Positions 41,728-59,786 of a stretch of DNA of 64,000 bases are shown piece after piece. The notes beneath the pieces are model-generated. The model had not been told where the DNA came from. It searched no databases and worked only from the letters and a program-made list of their open reading frames with translations. This stretch comes from the human T2T-CHM13v2.0 reference genome, Homo sapiens: NCBI RefSeq assembly GCF_009914755.1, contig NC_060943.1; one strand, given 5' to 3'. Both the position numbers and the translations under genes were made by a program. Each line of letters starts with the position of its first letter. Position 1 is the first letter of the stretch.

Positions 41728-42060
41728 TAGTCATGCCTTGGTAGCCGTGGGGTTTGATTCCAGGACCCCCTTGTGGATACCAAAAGCCAAGGATGCTCAA
41801 GTCCCTTCTACATGTAAAGTATTTGTGTATATCCTACACACACCCTTTCATATACTTTAAGTCATGTCTATATTAGGTATAACACCAAACGCAATGCCTA
41901 CCCATCGCTTTATTCACATGGATTCAATGTATAGGACTCAATGTGAGAAATTCAAGTTTTGCTTTGTGGAACTCTGTGGAATTTTTTTTTTCCAAATACT
42001 TCTGATGCACTGTTGGTTGAATCCATGTATGCTGAACCCACAGATATAGAGGCTGACTAT
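41728..42060 (+). mobile_element. MER2-like Tigger-derived DNA element
   Basis: ttccaggacccc...ggataccaaa...ggatgctcaagtccc...gaggctgacta. Confidence 0.75.
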
Positions 42061-44302
42061 ATGTTGCAGGACAGTTGTTGGTTTGTTTTGTTTTGTTTTT
42101 TTTTTTTTTTTTTTTTTTGTCTGTGCATGGCTGCTTATCCAATTTTGACTTTCTTAGGTTCTCTTGACATGGTTGGTTTTCTGTGTGTGCAGTTGACCCA
42201 CATCCCATGGAAACTTTCAAGCATGGTTTTCATGACCACATTGAGAAACATGCCTTCCCTGGGGCTTACCCTTGAGCTTTCCTTAAGGACCGTGTTTATG
42301 TCTGTGAGAAATTCTTTATATCTATGAGCTGAATGTTGCTTATATTTCCAAATGCTTTTCTTCAAAAAATGTGTCTATTTCTGCATCTTTATACAAATTT
42401 AATTGTCAAAAATGTGAAGGAATATAGATTTTACTGAAATCTTTCTTTATATTTATAGAGATATAGTGTTGTATTTTCATCTGGTGAACTTTATGACCTG
42501 AAAGGAATTGGGAAACTGCTCTCAAAATAGAAACCTCCCAAAGGATACTCTCCCTTCTCTTTAAAGACTTATTTATACGTGACAGCATATTAAATATATC
42601 CATGTACTACTGTGTACTGAAAGGTACATACTTATCAATTAATATTTTCCAAGATTCTTTCCATTGGAAAAACTTGGAAGTTATCTTTCCATTGGAAAAA
42701 TGTACCTAATTCAGGACTTGGTAATATCCTGACAAAGTTCTAAACATTTTGTGAGCATTAGCCATAGTAAGAAACATATCTGTCAGTGTAACACGGACAA
42801 ACATTTTTCATGTGTGTAGATGTGTGTGAGTGGCTTTAGTAAGCAATTCATGTAATGACATTTTTCCTGCTTGTCATAATGCTGCAATAATTTTCATTCT
42901 AGTTCTTGTTTTGTAAATGTTTATTGCAGGTTTTAACTTTATTTCAGCTCATTGAGGCATAGTCTTGAGTATAAAAAGTTATAAAGCCTGTTTACCTCAT
43001 AGACTTTCTTTTCATTCCACGTGTTTCTGAACAACTTTGATTGTCTGATCAGGAGCATCCCCCTTTGTGAACCCCTGGAAGGACAGCCTTTCAGATTCCC
43101 CTCAGAACTACAGTTGTCTGTCCCTGTACTCTTTCAGATAACCAAGTTACTTACTATCCATATCAAAACAGAAAAATAAGATTAAGTATTTTTATACATG
43201 TGTAAAATTATTGTGGGGGAATACTTTGAAGGTATAGATATTAAACACTCTGAGGTGTTTGGTGTTAACATTGTGAAGAGTTCAACCAACTACGAAGTTT
43301 AGTGGGACGTTTTACAGAGGACTGCTCTCACTTCACATCAAGTGAAAATTCGGCAGCTTTTCAAAACTATCTTCATGTTTAGTAATTTGCTAGAAAGACT
43401 CTTAGAATTCACTGAATGCTTTTATCCTCACAGTTACTGATTCTTACAGGGAAAACATGCATATTATAGTTAACCAAGAGAGAAACTAAATAAGACAGAG
43501 TCCAGGGAAGTACCAAATCCTTATTTTCTATTGTATTCTCCCAGTGGAGTGGGGTATGTTACATTGTCAGGATTAGCATGTGACTTAGACACAGATAACT
43601 CCCAATCAGGGGAACTTACCTGAGTGCTGGGGTCCAGAGTAATTACTGGGGCTCCAATTTCATAGCCATGATTGGTTGGTTGATTCCCATGTGGTTGTTT
43701 AGTCTCCTGGTTCACTGATTCCCTGTGAGGTAAAGCCCTTCCATGAATCACACTGATGTTCTTTCTGATGTGAGGAGTATCACCCCCCATGCCCCAAAGG
43801 AGTGGCCAGTCACAACCCTAAATAATATTGTTTCACTATCCAGAGTTACCCAGGTTTTACCCTCAAGCAAAGAGACTCTCCTCAGGCATGACACTTCAAG
43901 ATCCTAGAGATTACCTCTCAGATGCTGACGACAACGTCCTGACCTCTTTCAAGTTAGGTTAACTTCTTTGTAAGGATGTATAACAGACAAATATACAAAC
44001 TGTTTATTCGTTATTGCTTCTCCTTAAAGTTCCTTTGGATTCATATTTCACTACATATGTAGTATTTTAGCTTTATAACTTACCACACAAAATTTTAGAC
44101 TGACTAAAAAATTCACTAGAAATAGCAACAAGTGAAATGTATATATTAATTTTTTAAATAAGTATTTTATTTCTATCCAGAATTTTACATATGAGACATG
44201 GTGTGGTTCTAAATTGGTCTCATGCAAACCAAAAACCAGGGTGCACTTGGAAAACAGAAAAATGAACGTTCATTAAAGTTAAATCCCACATCCTAAGTGT
44301 GA

Positions 44303-44685
<383 letters not shown>

Positions 44686-44720
44686 ACTTGTCCACATGTC
44701 TTAATTCTGTGTCCTTATAG

Positions 44721-45934
44721 GAGGCAAGATCCAAACTGAGATGGAGACTTTTCCAGAAGCAGGAACACATGAAGAATTTTCCTGCAAGCAAATTTGGGAA
44801 CAAATTGCAAGTGACTTAACCAGGTCTCAAGATACCACCATAAGTAACTCTCAGTTATTTGAACAAGATGACAACCCCTCCCAGATTAAAGCAAGACTAT
44901 CTACAGTTCACACAAGAGAAAAACCTTTCCAGGGTGAAAATTGTAAACAGTTCTTCAGTGATGTTTCCTTCTTTGATCTTCCTCAGCAGTTATATTCAGG
45001 AGAGAAGTCTCATACCTGTGATGAGTGTGGAAAAAGCTTCTGTTACATCTCAGCCCTTCATATTCATCAGAGGGTCCACATGGGAGTGAAATGCTATAAG
45101 TGTGATGTGTGTGGTAAGGAATTTAGTCAGAGCTCACGTCTGCAAACTCATCAAAGAGTCCACACTGGAGAGAAACCATTCAAATGTGAGCAGTGTGGGA
45201 AAGGCTTCAGATGTAGATCAGCACTTAAAGTTCATTGCAAATTACACATGAGAGAGAAACCTTATAATTGTGAGAAATGTGGGAAGGCTTTCATGCACAA
45301 TTTCCAGCTTCAGAAACATCACAGAATTCATACTGGGGAGAAGCCATTCAAATGTGAAATATGTGGTAAGAGCTTCTGTCTTAGGTCAAGTCTTAATAGG
45401 CATTGCATGGTCCACACAGCAGAGAAACTGTACAAATCTGAAAAGTATGGAAGAGGTTTCATTGATAGGCTAGATTTGCATAAGCATCAGATGATTCATA
45501 TGGGACAGAAACCATATAATTGTAAAGAATGTGGGAAGAGCTTCAAATGGTCCTCATATCTTTTGGTCCATCAACGAGTCCACACTGGAGAAAAGCCATA
45601 CAAATGTGAGGAGTGTGGGAAGGGCTACATTAGTAAGTCAGGTCTTGACTTCCACCATAGAACCCACACGGGAGAGAGATCTTATAACTGTGATAACTGC
45701 GGGAAGAGCTTTAGACATGCTTCTAGTATTTTGAATCATAAGAAACTCCACTGCCAAAGAAAGCCATTGAAATGTGAAGACTGTGGAAAGAGGCTTGTAT
45801 GCCGGTCATACTGTAAAGACCAACAAAGAGACCACAGTGGAGAAAACCCATCCAAATGTGAGGACTGTGGGAAGCGCTACAAGAGGCGCTTGAATCTGGA
45901 TATAATTTTATCATTATTTTTAAATGACATATAA
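44721..45934 (+). CDS. ZNF222: ZNF222 zinc-finger exon: 9 finger units (8 intact) plus 2 degenerate C-terminal units
   Basis: ORF 44741..45934; ccttatag acceptor at 44720. Confidence 0.92.
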
Positions 45935-46129
45935 GTTATACATATTTATGGAGTGTGAAATTTGATACATGTATATAATGTGTGCTGATTAAATCAGTTT
46001 AATTTCACCTGAAACATTATTTGTGTTGGAAAAAATTGAAAATCTGTTTTTTGGATTTGAAAACAAGTTACTGTTGGTTATAGTCACCTTTAGTGCTATA
46101 GAACAATAGAAGTGAAGTAGTGAGGAGTT

Positions 46130-46408
46130 TGTTTGTTTGTTTGTTTGTTTGTTTTGAGACGGAGTGTCACTCTGTCGCCCAGGCTGGAGTGCAGTGGCGT
46201 GATCTTGGCTCACTGCACCCTCCATCTCCTGGGTTCAGGCCATTCTCCTGCCTCAGCCTCCTGAGTAGCTGGGACTACAGGCACCCGCCACCATACCCAG
46301 CTAATTTTTTGTATTTTTTTAGTAGAGATGGGGTTTCGCTGTGTTAGCCAGGATGGTCTCGATCTCCTGACCTCATGATCCGCCCGCCTCGGCCTCCCAA
46401 AGTGCTGA
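46130..46408 (-). mobile_element. AluY-like, slightly 5'-truncated
   Basis: Antisense Alu; gtagtg(a/c)ggagttt TSD. Confidence 0.93.
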
Positions 46409-46791
46409 GTAGTGCGGAGTTTTGAATAAAGTTACAGGATCAAGGGCCAGGGTGCCAGAGAGAGGAAAAGAGAGGGAGAGAGAGATTTTTCTTGGGACTG
46501 GAACCTGAACAAACTTAGTCCAGGGGAGGGGTGCAGTCCATCCCACTGCTTGCCAGGTTGATCAGGCCTGCAAAGTCAACCTTTTCAATTTGACTTTGAA
46601 TAGAAATCCTGCATGGATTTCTATTCAGGTGACTCGGATCAGTAAGACAGGGAAACTTTCCACTCATTCCTCTTGGATGTCTATTCAGGCAACACAAGCC
46701 AGTAAGGATTAGGAAAGGAGAGGCAAAGCACCCTGAGTAAGAAAAAAGATAGGAAGAGGAAAAGAGAGAAAGAAAAAAGGGAAGGGATTGA

Positions 46792-47090
46792 CTGGGCATG
46801 GTGGCTTATGCCTGTAGTCCCAGCACTTTGAGAGGCCAAGGTGGGCAGATTGCTTGAGTCTAGGAGTTCAAGACCAGTGTGGGCAACATGAGGAAACCCT
46901 GTCTCTAAAAAAACACAAAAATTAGCCGGGCATGGTGGCACATGCCTGTAGTATCAGCTACTTAGGAGGTTGAGGAAGGAGGATCATTTGAGCCTGGGAG
47001 GCAGAGGTTGCAGTGAGCTAAGATCACATCACTGCACTCTAGCCTGGGTGACAGAGTGAGACCCTGTCTCAAAAGAAAAAAAAAAAAGAA
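46792..47090 (+). mobile_element. AluJ-like
   Basis: Alu consensus with J-type ttgagtctagg and accctgtctc. Confidence 0.9.
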
Positions 47091-47096
47091 AATCAT

Positions 47097-47545
47097 TGGC
47101 CGGTAGGGTGACGTGGCCCCAATCCCTGTTGGACTGAACAAAGGAGGATGAACGCGGGAATAAAGATAAAGACAAAAGAGTATATTCGGAAGAAGGGGTC
47201 AGGAGGCTCCTTGCTTCTAGTGAACAAGGGCCCTGAGCTTCTAGCTCCCTTTGTATTTATTGAGCAAAGGAGATAGAGAGAAGGAGGTGGTTGTCAGTCA
47301 GCTGCTTGACTCAGTGCAGGCCTGGATGACTGCATTCCCTGAACAGTAGTCTCCAGATATTCTAGTAGATAACCTCAAGGAGCACGGCACCAGGGAGTGA
47401 TTGAACTCAGCATACCTTCTGGTGGCAGGTACAGATATGAGTTTGCCCACATCCTGCATTCATGATAAACAGTGTGTTGTTTGATCATATAAGCCTCACT
47501 GGACTGCTGAGTTGGTCACGATCCTCCGGCTTTCGGCTCTCTACA
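47097..47545 (-). mobile_element. LTR3-like (HERV-K HML-6) solo LTR
   Basis: Reverse strand begins TGTAGAGAGCCGAAAGCC...GTGACCAACTCAGCA...TATGATCAAACA. Confidence 0.75.
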
Positions 47546-48683
47546 GTAGAGGCAGAGGCAAGGTCCATGAGGCTGGAGAAAGCCAACCGTTGTGGTAACA
47601 CTGAATCAAAAGTTCAGTCAGGTGATTTTCAATCATGAAGAAATCTTGTCCAGCAGTCCTGTCAGCTCACATGTCTACCCCTCAGGGAGAGAAAGGCCCC
47701 CCATGTCCCATGATCCTAGACAAATCCCCAAAGAATATGCCACCAACCACAGGTTCCTGGGCTCTGCAATAGAAATTGAAATGAGACTGAAAGGGTTTTC
47801 CCAGACAAGCCTTCACTGGAGCTTATGCCTGGACATAAGGAAGGCGGCACAAGAGAGAATTTCCTGACTCCCTTCAAAGAGCTCATAGGATTGTTTATTT
47901 GGCAAAGCGTGGGAATTAACATCAGGGATAGGGTTTGAAGGCTGGGCTGGGAAAAGCACATGACTGGTAGGGCATGCAGGTCAGCATTACCTGGTTGCAA
48001 TGCTTATCTTGTGTACTGGGCCATCTGGTGGTCTGGGTGGTGGCAACAAGGCTGTAAATCAATTGTTTAGCATTTCATCCTGAAGGGAGACACTCTACAA
48101 CTTTGGTTATCACCCAAGGCCAGTTCCTGGAATTCTTAGCAGTGAGGTAGAGGTGTGGGTTTTGTGATCATTGGGAATGCATGAAAGAACGCTCTAGTCG
48201 GGGTGAACTGAAGCCAAGCCCTGTCTCTACTCTGTCAATAGAACTCAGAAGAGTTCTACTGCAAGTGAAGAAAAGGGTGACTGGAATCACCTAACAGAGT
48301 CACAGCCCCAAAATCAAATCCAAGACATGTCCAGTTTACAAATCCACATTCATTTACATGAAAGGGAGGCCAATACTGGATGAGAATAGATCCTACCACA
48401 TTTCAGAGTTCTCCACAGGAAACTATGGCCATGAACCTGTGTGACTATGTACTCAAAAGGAGAAATAATCACTCTTTTTGACAATGACTGAATCCTTATT
48501 GTCAAATGGCACATTAATGTGATGATTGGACCTGGTGAGAAAAAAGTAGAAAGTAATCAAGACATGTTTGTAAGACACATGCATATCAGAAGGACAGAAT
48601 AAGTCCTATAAATATTCATAGGACTTCCACCTCAGTGAAATTTCCATGAGTTCACTGATGCAAAACTATTGAGATATTCCTTC

Positions 48684-48980
<297 letters not shown>

Positions 48981-51900
48981 TATTCTTTCTAATCTAAGGT
49001 GTAGGGCAAGTAGCATGTGATGCTTCCTAAAACCAAAAAAAGTGTCCCAATGCCCAGTGGCCCTGCTCAGCTGTTGGAGGCTACTTATTCTTCACTGTGG
49101 TGTACTACTCTGCTTTTTATGAGTGACCTGAAATCATTTTGCCTCAGTTGAGACAAGGTTGTGCAATATGTGCCAGCTGTCATATAAGCTTCTCTTCCAC
49201 TAGGGTCCTATGATCCAGGAGACCCACAAGTGACTGAAATATCAGAAACAGATAGTGATGTTTGGAGAGAGTGGCTGGCCACAACTGATGAATCAAAGCA
49301 CAAACACATAGAATTTTGTAGCGAAGCCCTGAAATCCTCTACGTATGTTTACTCTCTCTCTCTCTCTTTTTTTTTTTTGTACAGATGGGGTCTCACTTTG
49401 TTGCCCAGGCTGGTCTTGAACTCCTGGCATCAAGCAGTCCTCCCACTTAGTAAAGACAGAGCACTTAACCATGGGCTACCAAATTAGCATGTGAGCCAAG
49501 GTTTCCATTATGAATTGGGTGTAGTTGGCCACTCCATATCTTTAAATTGTATGTGCACATTGGTATTCCACTTGGAAGTGGTATATATGAGATTGGGTTG
49601 GAGCGGGTCCTGAAGCCACAGGTAAGTGCCCCTAAGGCCCATTGTTCCTACTCCTGCTACAGTACCATCAGAATGAGTGAACATGAAGATAAGTCATAGG
49701 AAATTATTGTGTCTCAGAAGCAAAAAAAAAAAAAAAAAAAGAAAAAGAAATGAGTAAAAATACACAAAACCCAAGGCACCATATATGCATTATAGGTGTC
49801 CTAGGAGGAGACAGAAAAAGTCAAAGAGAGCTTTACAGAAATAAAGGCTGAAAACTTCTCAAATATGAAGAACACATTATTCTGTAAATCCAAGCTCAAT
49901 GAATTTCACATAAGATAAAATCAAAGAGACCCAATTGAGACATATTGTTAAAAATTATTGGAGGACAAAGACAAATGAAAATTTTGACAGCAGCAAGTCC
50001 AAAATGACTTGTCATGTACAAAGAATCTTCAATAAGATGTCAGCAGATTTTCAGCAAACATCTGAAGACAGATGATGTATTCTCTGCTGAAAAAACCAAA
50101 AACACACAGTTGTCTACTGAGAAATCAATATTCAGCAAAACTATCCTTCAAACATGAGAGATAAATTAATACTTTTCTAAAGAAACAAAAGCCAAGAGAG
50201 TCCATTACCAGAAGACAATTTATATGAGAAGTTATAAAGGGATGCCATCAAGTTGAAGTGAAAGGATGCTAGACAGCAACTTGAAACCATATGAAAACAT
50301 AAATATCTAAAGTAAATAAAATTACATGAATGATGTAAAACTCACTATTTTTGTAATTTTAATTTTTACTCCACTTTTTATTTTGTACACTATGTAATAG
50401 GAAAATGCATTAAAATGATTGTAAATCTATGTGAATGGGTACACAATATGTATAGTTGCAATACATGATACCAGTCACATAACATGAAGGGAAGCAGAAG
50501 TTGTGAAGGAGTAGCGTTTTTGCATGTGACTGAAGTTAAGTTGGTATCAATTTTAAATAGATGGTTATAACTTTAGACCGTAGCATGTAGAATGTTATGT
50601 TTCTTCAAATAAAGAACATATCAGTGAGACACACAAAGGGAAATGAGAAGAGATTCAAAATGTATCACTACAGAAAAAGGACTCAACATAAAGGAAGGCA
50701 GTAATGGAGGAAATTAGGGGCAAAAGGCAGTAAGACATTTAAAAAATAACAAAATGGTAAGACCTTTCCTACAAATAATGAGTTTAGTGTAAATGAGTGA
50801 AACTCCTCAACCAAAAGATGTTCACTGGCAAAACCATTGAAAAAAACAGTATCCAAGTGTATGCTCTGCACAAGGGATATGCTTAAATCTAATGACGTGC
50901 ATAGATTGAAACGGAAAGGATGGAAAAAGTTATTCCATATAAATAGTAATAAAAAGAGAGCAACGGTGGCTTTACTAAGGGCTAAATTAGACTTTAAGTG
51001 AAAAATTGTTAGAAGAGACCAAGAAGAACATTATATATTACTAAAAGGATGATTTCACCAAGAAGATATAACAATTATAAACATATGTGCACCAAACATC
51101 AGAGCTCCTAATTATATGAAGCAAATACAGAATTGAAGAGAGAAGTAGCTACCCAATAATACAGTTGACTGTGAGCCACATTGATTTGAACTGCATAGGT
51201 ACACTTACGTGTGAACTTTTTTCAACCAAACTCAGATTGAAAATACAATATTCATGGGATGTGAAACCCACATATATGAAGGGCCAAATTTTTATATACA
51301 TTGGTTCTGCAGGGCTGACCGCAAGACTTGAGTATGTATGCATTTTGATATACCCACATATACTAAGGGTCAACTGTACTAGGACACTTCATACCTCACT
51401 TTCAAATAGCCAGACCAAAGATATGTAAGAAAAACAAACAAACAAAGATAAGTAAGGAAATAGAGGATTTGAAGAATATTATACACAAAATTGACCTAAA
51501 ACACATATACGGAATAACCCACACAACAACAACAGAATATACATTTTCTCATTTGCACATGGAATATTCTCCAGGATAGCTATATATTAGGCCACGAATC
51601 AAGTGTTAATAAATTTTAAATTTTAATATAATAAAATACATTTTTTCCAATTACAATCTAGATCACAAAAACTAGAAATGATAGCAGCAAGAAAAGTGAA
51701 AATTCACAAGTATGTGGAGACTAAACACATTCTTAAATAACCTATATGTCAGAGTAAATTAGAAGTGAACTTAAAAAATAGATGGAGACCATTGAAATTA
51801 AAAACAACGTGCCAAAATTTATTGGATGAGGTAAAAGCAGTAGTAGGTGGGAAATTTGTACCTGTAAATGCTTATATTAAAGAAAGAAATATCTTAAATT

Positions 51901-54298
51901 CACAACCTAATTTTATATTCATGAACTACAAAAAGGCAAAGAATTTGAACCAGAAAGCTAGTAGAAGGAAAGAAAGAATACCGATTAATGCAATGACAAA
52001 TGGAGAATAGAAAAACAGAAAATTAACCAAACCAAGAGTTGGTTATTCCAGAAGATTAAGAAACTTGAGAAACCTATAGTTAGATTGACTAAAAAATAGA
52101 GAAGCCTCAAGAAGCAAAATTTACACACAAAAATATGAACTTTACTGCAAATTTTAGAGAAATAAAAATGATTATAACAGAGCACTATCTTTAATTGTAT
52201 GCCAACAAATTGTACAACCTAGATAAAATAGACAAATCTCTTAAAACATATACCCTACCAAAAATGAATCATGAAGACAGAAAATCTGAGTAGATCCTTA
52301 ACTAGTAAGGAGATTGAATCAGTAACCCAGTGCCTCCCAACAAAGAAAGCCCAAAATTAGGTGGCTTCACTGGTTAATTCTTGCATTTAAAAAAAAAATT
52401 ATTTTTATTTTTAGTAACCCTTATTTTACTTAGTAAGAATTATTCCAAACATTTAAGGAACACTTAACACCATAACTCCTCAACCTCTTCCCAAATAGGC
52501 AAGAGGAGGGAACGCTTCCTAGTTCCTTCTCTGAGGCCAGGTTTACCATGGTACCAAACCAGACAAAGACATTGCATGAAAATTATACATCAACATCCCA
52601 TATGAATACTGATGCAAGACTCTACCATAAAATACCAGCAAAATTCAGCAGCATATTAAAAGGATTATACTCAATGACCAAACATTTATTCCTGGAATGC
52701 AAATATAATTTATGACTCAACATACAAATATTAATGTATTATGCTGCATGAACAGATTGAAAGATATAAAAATATAATCCACATGATCATGTCAGTGAAT
52801 GCAGAAAATTCATTTAACAAAATTCACACTTTCATGATTAAAATACCACTCAACTAAAAAGAAAAGAAACTATCTCAACAAAATAAAGGCTAGATGTGGA
52901 AAATTTCAAGAGCTTATTTTCTTATTCAATAGTGAAGGACTGCAAGCTCTTTTTCTAATATCAGGAACACAATGAATTTGCTCCACTTTTCCACCTCTAG
53001 TCAACATAGTATTGGAAGTTCTAGGCAGAACAATTAGGTAGAAAAAGGAAATAAACCTGTTAAAATTGGAAACACATAAAACTGTGTCTACATGCTGACG
53101 ACATGTTCTTATAAGTTCTACAGAATACACAAGAAAAAAACCTCTTAGAGCTAACAAAGTCAAAAAGTTGCTGGAAAAATACCTGTATAGAAGAAGTAGT
53201 TTGTATTTCTGCACAAAAAAACAATCTGAAAGGAAAATACTTATCTTGACAATAGCATCAAAAAGAAACAATTACTTAGGAACTGTCATAACCAAGGACA
53301 AGAGAAGCACTTGAACACTGAGCTCTGAAACATATTACTGAAGGAAATTAAAAGAGGCACAAATAAATGGAGATATATCCATTATTAATGAGTTGAGAGA
53401 TAAATTACAAGGCAGTAAATACCACCTAAAATGGTCTACAGATTCACTGCAATCCTTAACGTAATCACAATGATTTTTTTTCAGAAATGGAAAAATCCAC
53501 CCAAGATTCATGTGAAATATCAAGGGATGCTCTCTTCCATGGTCATAACCTAAACATTGTCATTTCCTAGAAAATACTCTTCGGTAATAATTTGCAGCAC
53601 TAGTCCGCAACAACTTTCATCTGTATTGCCACCTGAGTCCCATCAGCATACTTGCATCGATAATCTTAGTACCTCGCCAATACCTACAATCCACTGAGGC
53701 TATCACCTTTTTGCTCTCTTAATCCCTTATGTCCTCACAGCATCTCTTGTCAGGAGAGGACTGCTCACTTCCTTTTCTATCTTACTTCCCAGAATATGTC
53801 CCATGAAAATCTCTAGCTAGACAAAGGCAGAGAAAGAGAATATTTGATTTTTTAGGCTTTATGGAAGAGAAAGGAATGGCAATAGGGGTTTGGAGTAGAC
53901 CCTGCAAGCACTAGTCAGTAGGGCGTATCCTGAATAAATAGTGGGTAAAGGACATTTGTGGTGATGCTCTGTCCAATTCCACTTCAGGAAAGCCTGCCAC
54001 AGAGTTAGTCAGAGTGATGTTTTATTAGAATAATGCTGACCTCCATGTTTTTGATTTTTGAATTATTCTCACACTTTGGAATTAAGGAATTTCTCATTAC
54101 AAATTATGCTTTAGATACTTTGTGTATAATTATGCTCTTGGTTTCTAAGCATTGCTGTCAGGTTATACAGGGCAGTGAGTAGACATATCTGTGAAGCATT
54201 AACTCTGGGCATTGTGGTGAGTGTAATGGTAGAAGTATTTTCAATGTGTTGTGAGGGAAGGGAATATACCAATTCATGATAGGTGAGTGGGCTATTGG

Positions 54299-54960
54299 TA
54301 TAACTGAAAGAAGGTCCAGCTGCTTATCTCTTATAGAAAAAAGCCAAAATAACAACAGGAAAGTGTGATAAAAAGAGTGAATTTTATTACTTGTTGCTAG
54401 CAAGGGAAAGAGTGATTGGAATCTTTTCCAAAAGTTGCCACTTTTCAATTTCTGGAGAGAGGGCCACAGTTTAAGAAGTGGGCTTGGAATGCAGAGAGGT
54501 AAGGGGGTTTAGGAGGTACCTGATGGCATGTCTCGCTCTGATGATCTTGAATTATTGTTGCATCTGGTGAAGGGGCCAGCACGATCATGGGCTCAATCAG
54601 GTTATAAATTAATGGACTGTCAATCTTGCAGTTCATCTGTAGCCAGGAGGAGAGAATTCCAGAGCTGCCTGATCCTCATCAGTATTCTTCCCCTGAAGCT
54701 TCTAAGGAAATATGTGAGCAGATAAGTGAGCGCGGTGTGAGCTTAACAAGCATCCTGGTAAATAAATGTGTATAGGGCATGGAAGCATAAGGTGGGAAAA
54801 AGAAGGGAGTGGAGTTTTAAAGCAGATTTGGAGGCTGTATTTCAACACGAAAGAAAACACATCTGTAGTTTGTCTCAAAGCTACGTCTTGAGACTGGGGA
54901 GAAGTGGGAAAGAAAAGACGGTCTTTAAAATGTAGTTTGAAGCTAAGGTGCTTGGTTACA
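54299..54960 (-). mobile_element. Probable solo LTR
   Basis: t(a)taactga ... ttggttaca ends, tttatt near the left end; family not recognised. Confidence 0.45.
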
Positions 54961-55349
54961 CAGGCCCCAAAATACTATTAGGCCAACCAGTCCAACCTTG
55001 CTTAAACTTGAGTAATGATTCAAATATCATAAAATGCATCACTTTAAAATATATCCTTTAGTGGTTTTTTAGTAAATTCCCAAAGTTGTGCAACTGTCAC
55101 TACTCTCTAATTTCAGGTTTTTTAAATCGGCCCAGAAAGAAATCCCCTATCCATTGGCAGTCACTCCCAATCCTCATCCTTTCTCCACTAGCTCCTGGCA
55201 ACCATTATTCTACTTTCTGTTTCTACAGATTTGCCCATTCTGAATATTTCATGTAAATGAAATCATACAACATGAGCTCTCTTCTGAATCACATCTCTTA
55301 GCTTTCATTTCTCTTGGTGTATACTTAGGAGTGAAATTGGGTAATAAGC

Positions 55350-55706
55350 TGTATTAGTCTGTTTTCCCACTGCTATAAAGTACTACCCGAGACTGGGTAA
55401 TTTATAAAGAAAAGAGATTTAATTGACTCACAGTTCCAAGGATTGACAGGAAGTATGACTGGGAGGCCTCAGGAAACTTACAATCATGGTGGAAGGTGAA
55501 GGAGAAGAAACATTAGAACAGAAAAGAGAGAGCAAAGGGGAAATGCCACACACTTCCAAACAACCAGATTTCATGAGAACTCACTCACTATCATGAGAAT
55601 AGCAAGGGGAGGTGGAGGTTGCTATGAGCTGAGATGGCGCCATTGCACTCCAGCCTGAGCGGCAGAGCGAGACTCTGTCTTAAAAAAAAAAAAAAAAAAA
55701 AAAAAA
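55350..55706. mobile_element. Antisense MST/THE1 LTR fragment fused to a sense Alu 3' fragment
   Basis: tgtattagtctgtttt...tcatgagaatagcaaggggga then ggtggaggttgc...poly(A). Confidence 0.85.
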
Positions 55707-56184
55707 GACATTCCTTAGAAAAGCAGGGATTGATAATAATCAGTTGTGTTATCTTTTTGTAGTGAAATAATTTGAAATTCACAGGAAATTGCAAGGGAAG
55801 TACAGAGAAACCCCCTGAGTCTTCCATCTACATTCTTAATTACATTTTACATTTTACATAATTTTAGTAAAATATCAAAACCAGGAATTCAACATTGGTA
55901 CAATGTGTGTGCATACCACTTTTATTTGTCGTATTTCATGTAGATTTAATGGAATCACCAAGGCAGTGATGATACAGAAAGAACTATTCCATCACCACAA
56001 AGATCTCTCTTGAAGTATCCCTTTATAGTCAACCCAACTTGTGTCCCTACCATTCATTACCCCTAGCAACTACTCATCTGATGTCCATCTCTACATTTTG
56101 TCATTTTGGGAATGTCATATAGATGGAATCATGTATTATGTACTTTTTCAGATTGTCTTTTTACTCAGCATAACACCCTTTAGC

Positions 56185-56342
56185 TCAACTTGTCCAGCCA
56201 GTGGCACACATGCAGCCCAGGACGGCTTTGAATGTGGCCCACCACAAATTTGTAAGCTTTTTAAAAACATCATGAGATTTTTTTTTTTTTTGCTATTTTC
56301 TTTTTAGCTCATCACCTATCATTAGTCTTAGTGTATTTTATT
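56185..56342. mobile_element. MER30-like DNA element fragment
   Basis: gcagcccaggacggctttgaatgtggccc...acaaatttgtaa signature. Confidence 0.7.
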
Positions 56343-56954
56343 TAATGCTGTGAGTATCTGTTTCTGTGTTCAAATACCATCCATAACTCTTCTTAAGTGA
56401 ATTGGGTCTTTGTGTTTTTTGCTCCTTTTCTTCTTAGACTATTTTATGGTTGAGTTGTGAGAGTTGTTTATATATTGTAGATATAAATTTTTCGTCAGAT
56501 ATGAGATCTGCAAACACTGACAAAGCTCTAGGTACTGACAGTTTTCCTACACTGTCTTCTTAAAATTTTATGATTTTACATTGATATTTCACATTTAAAT
56601 CTATGATCCAATTTGACTTAATTTTGAAATAAAGTCTCAGATTCTTTTTCTTTTATGCACATGGATGTTCAGTTTTCCCAGCAGTCTTTGATGAAAACAC
56701 TGTCCCATTTCTATTTATTTGCTTTAGCATTTTGGCACAAATCATTTTGTTATAGTTGGTTAGGGTCATTTCTGGGTTATCTATTGTGTTCCACTGATCC
56801 GTGTGTCTATACTCAGAGAATATTACTCTGCCTTGGTTAATGTAGATATATAATAACTCTTGACATTATTAGAGTGATTCCTCCCACTTTATTCTTCTTT
56901 TGCAAAGTTGTTTTAGGTGATCTAGTTCCTTTGCCTTTTGATATGAATTTTTTA

Positions 56955-57386
<432 letters not shown>

Positions 57387-57619
57387 CTATTAATATAGAA
57401 TATCTCTCCATCTATTTCATATTGTTTAATTTTTTTCATAGTGCTGTAATTTTCAACTTGCAACCTGTGTAATTCTTTTGTCAGATTTATACCTGAATAT
57501 TTAATTTATTTTGGTTTCCATGTGTTTATTGCTATTATAAAGAAATACAATGGATTTTGGTATGTTGGTCATGTATCCTATGATCATCCTGAATTCACCT
57601 ACTATCTAGGAGCTGAGGG

Positions 57620-59560
<1,941 letters not shown>

Positions 59561-59786
59561 AGACTATGTTCAAAATATCTGGCATAGCCAAAAAACCTAG
59601 AAGCACAGTCAGAGAAAACTCAAACTATTTTTTTAAGAAAACATTTGGAAGATATGTTAATATTGTAAATGTATAAATAATACTTAAAATTAAGGAGAAA
59701 AGACCAAAAACACAATAGAAGATGGGACAAGAGATTTGTACAGTTTCCAAAAAATATAATAATGGTCCTTGAAAATATGCAAAGAT

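Noticed and set aside
46130-47090. Oppositely oriented Alu pair downstream of ZNF222 as a possible dsRNA/ADAR substrate
   Set aside because: Common arrangement, different subfamilies, and candidate poly(A) signals at 45988 and 46425 precede the second Alu
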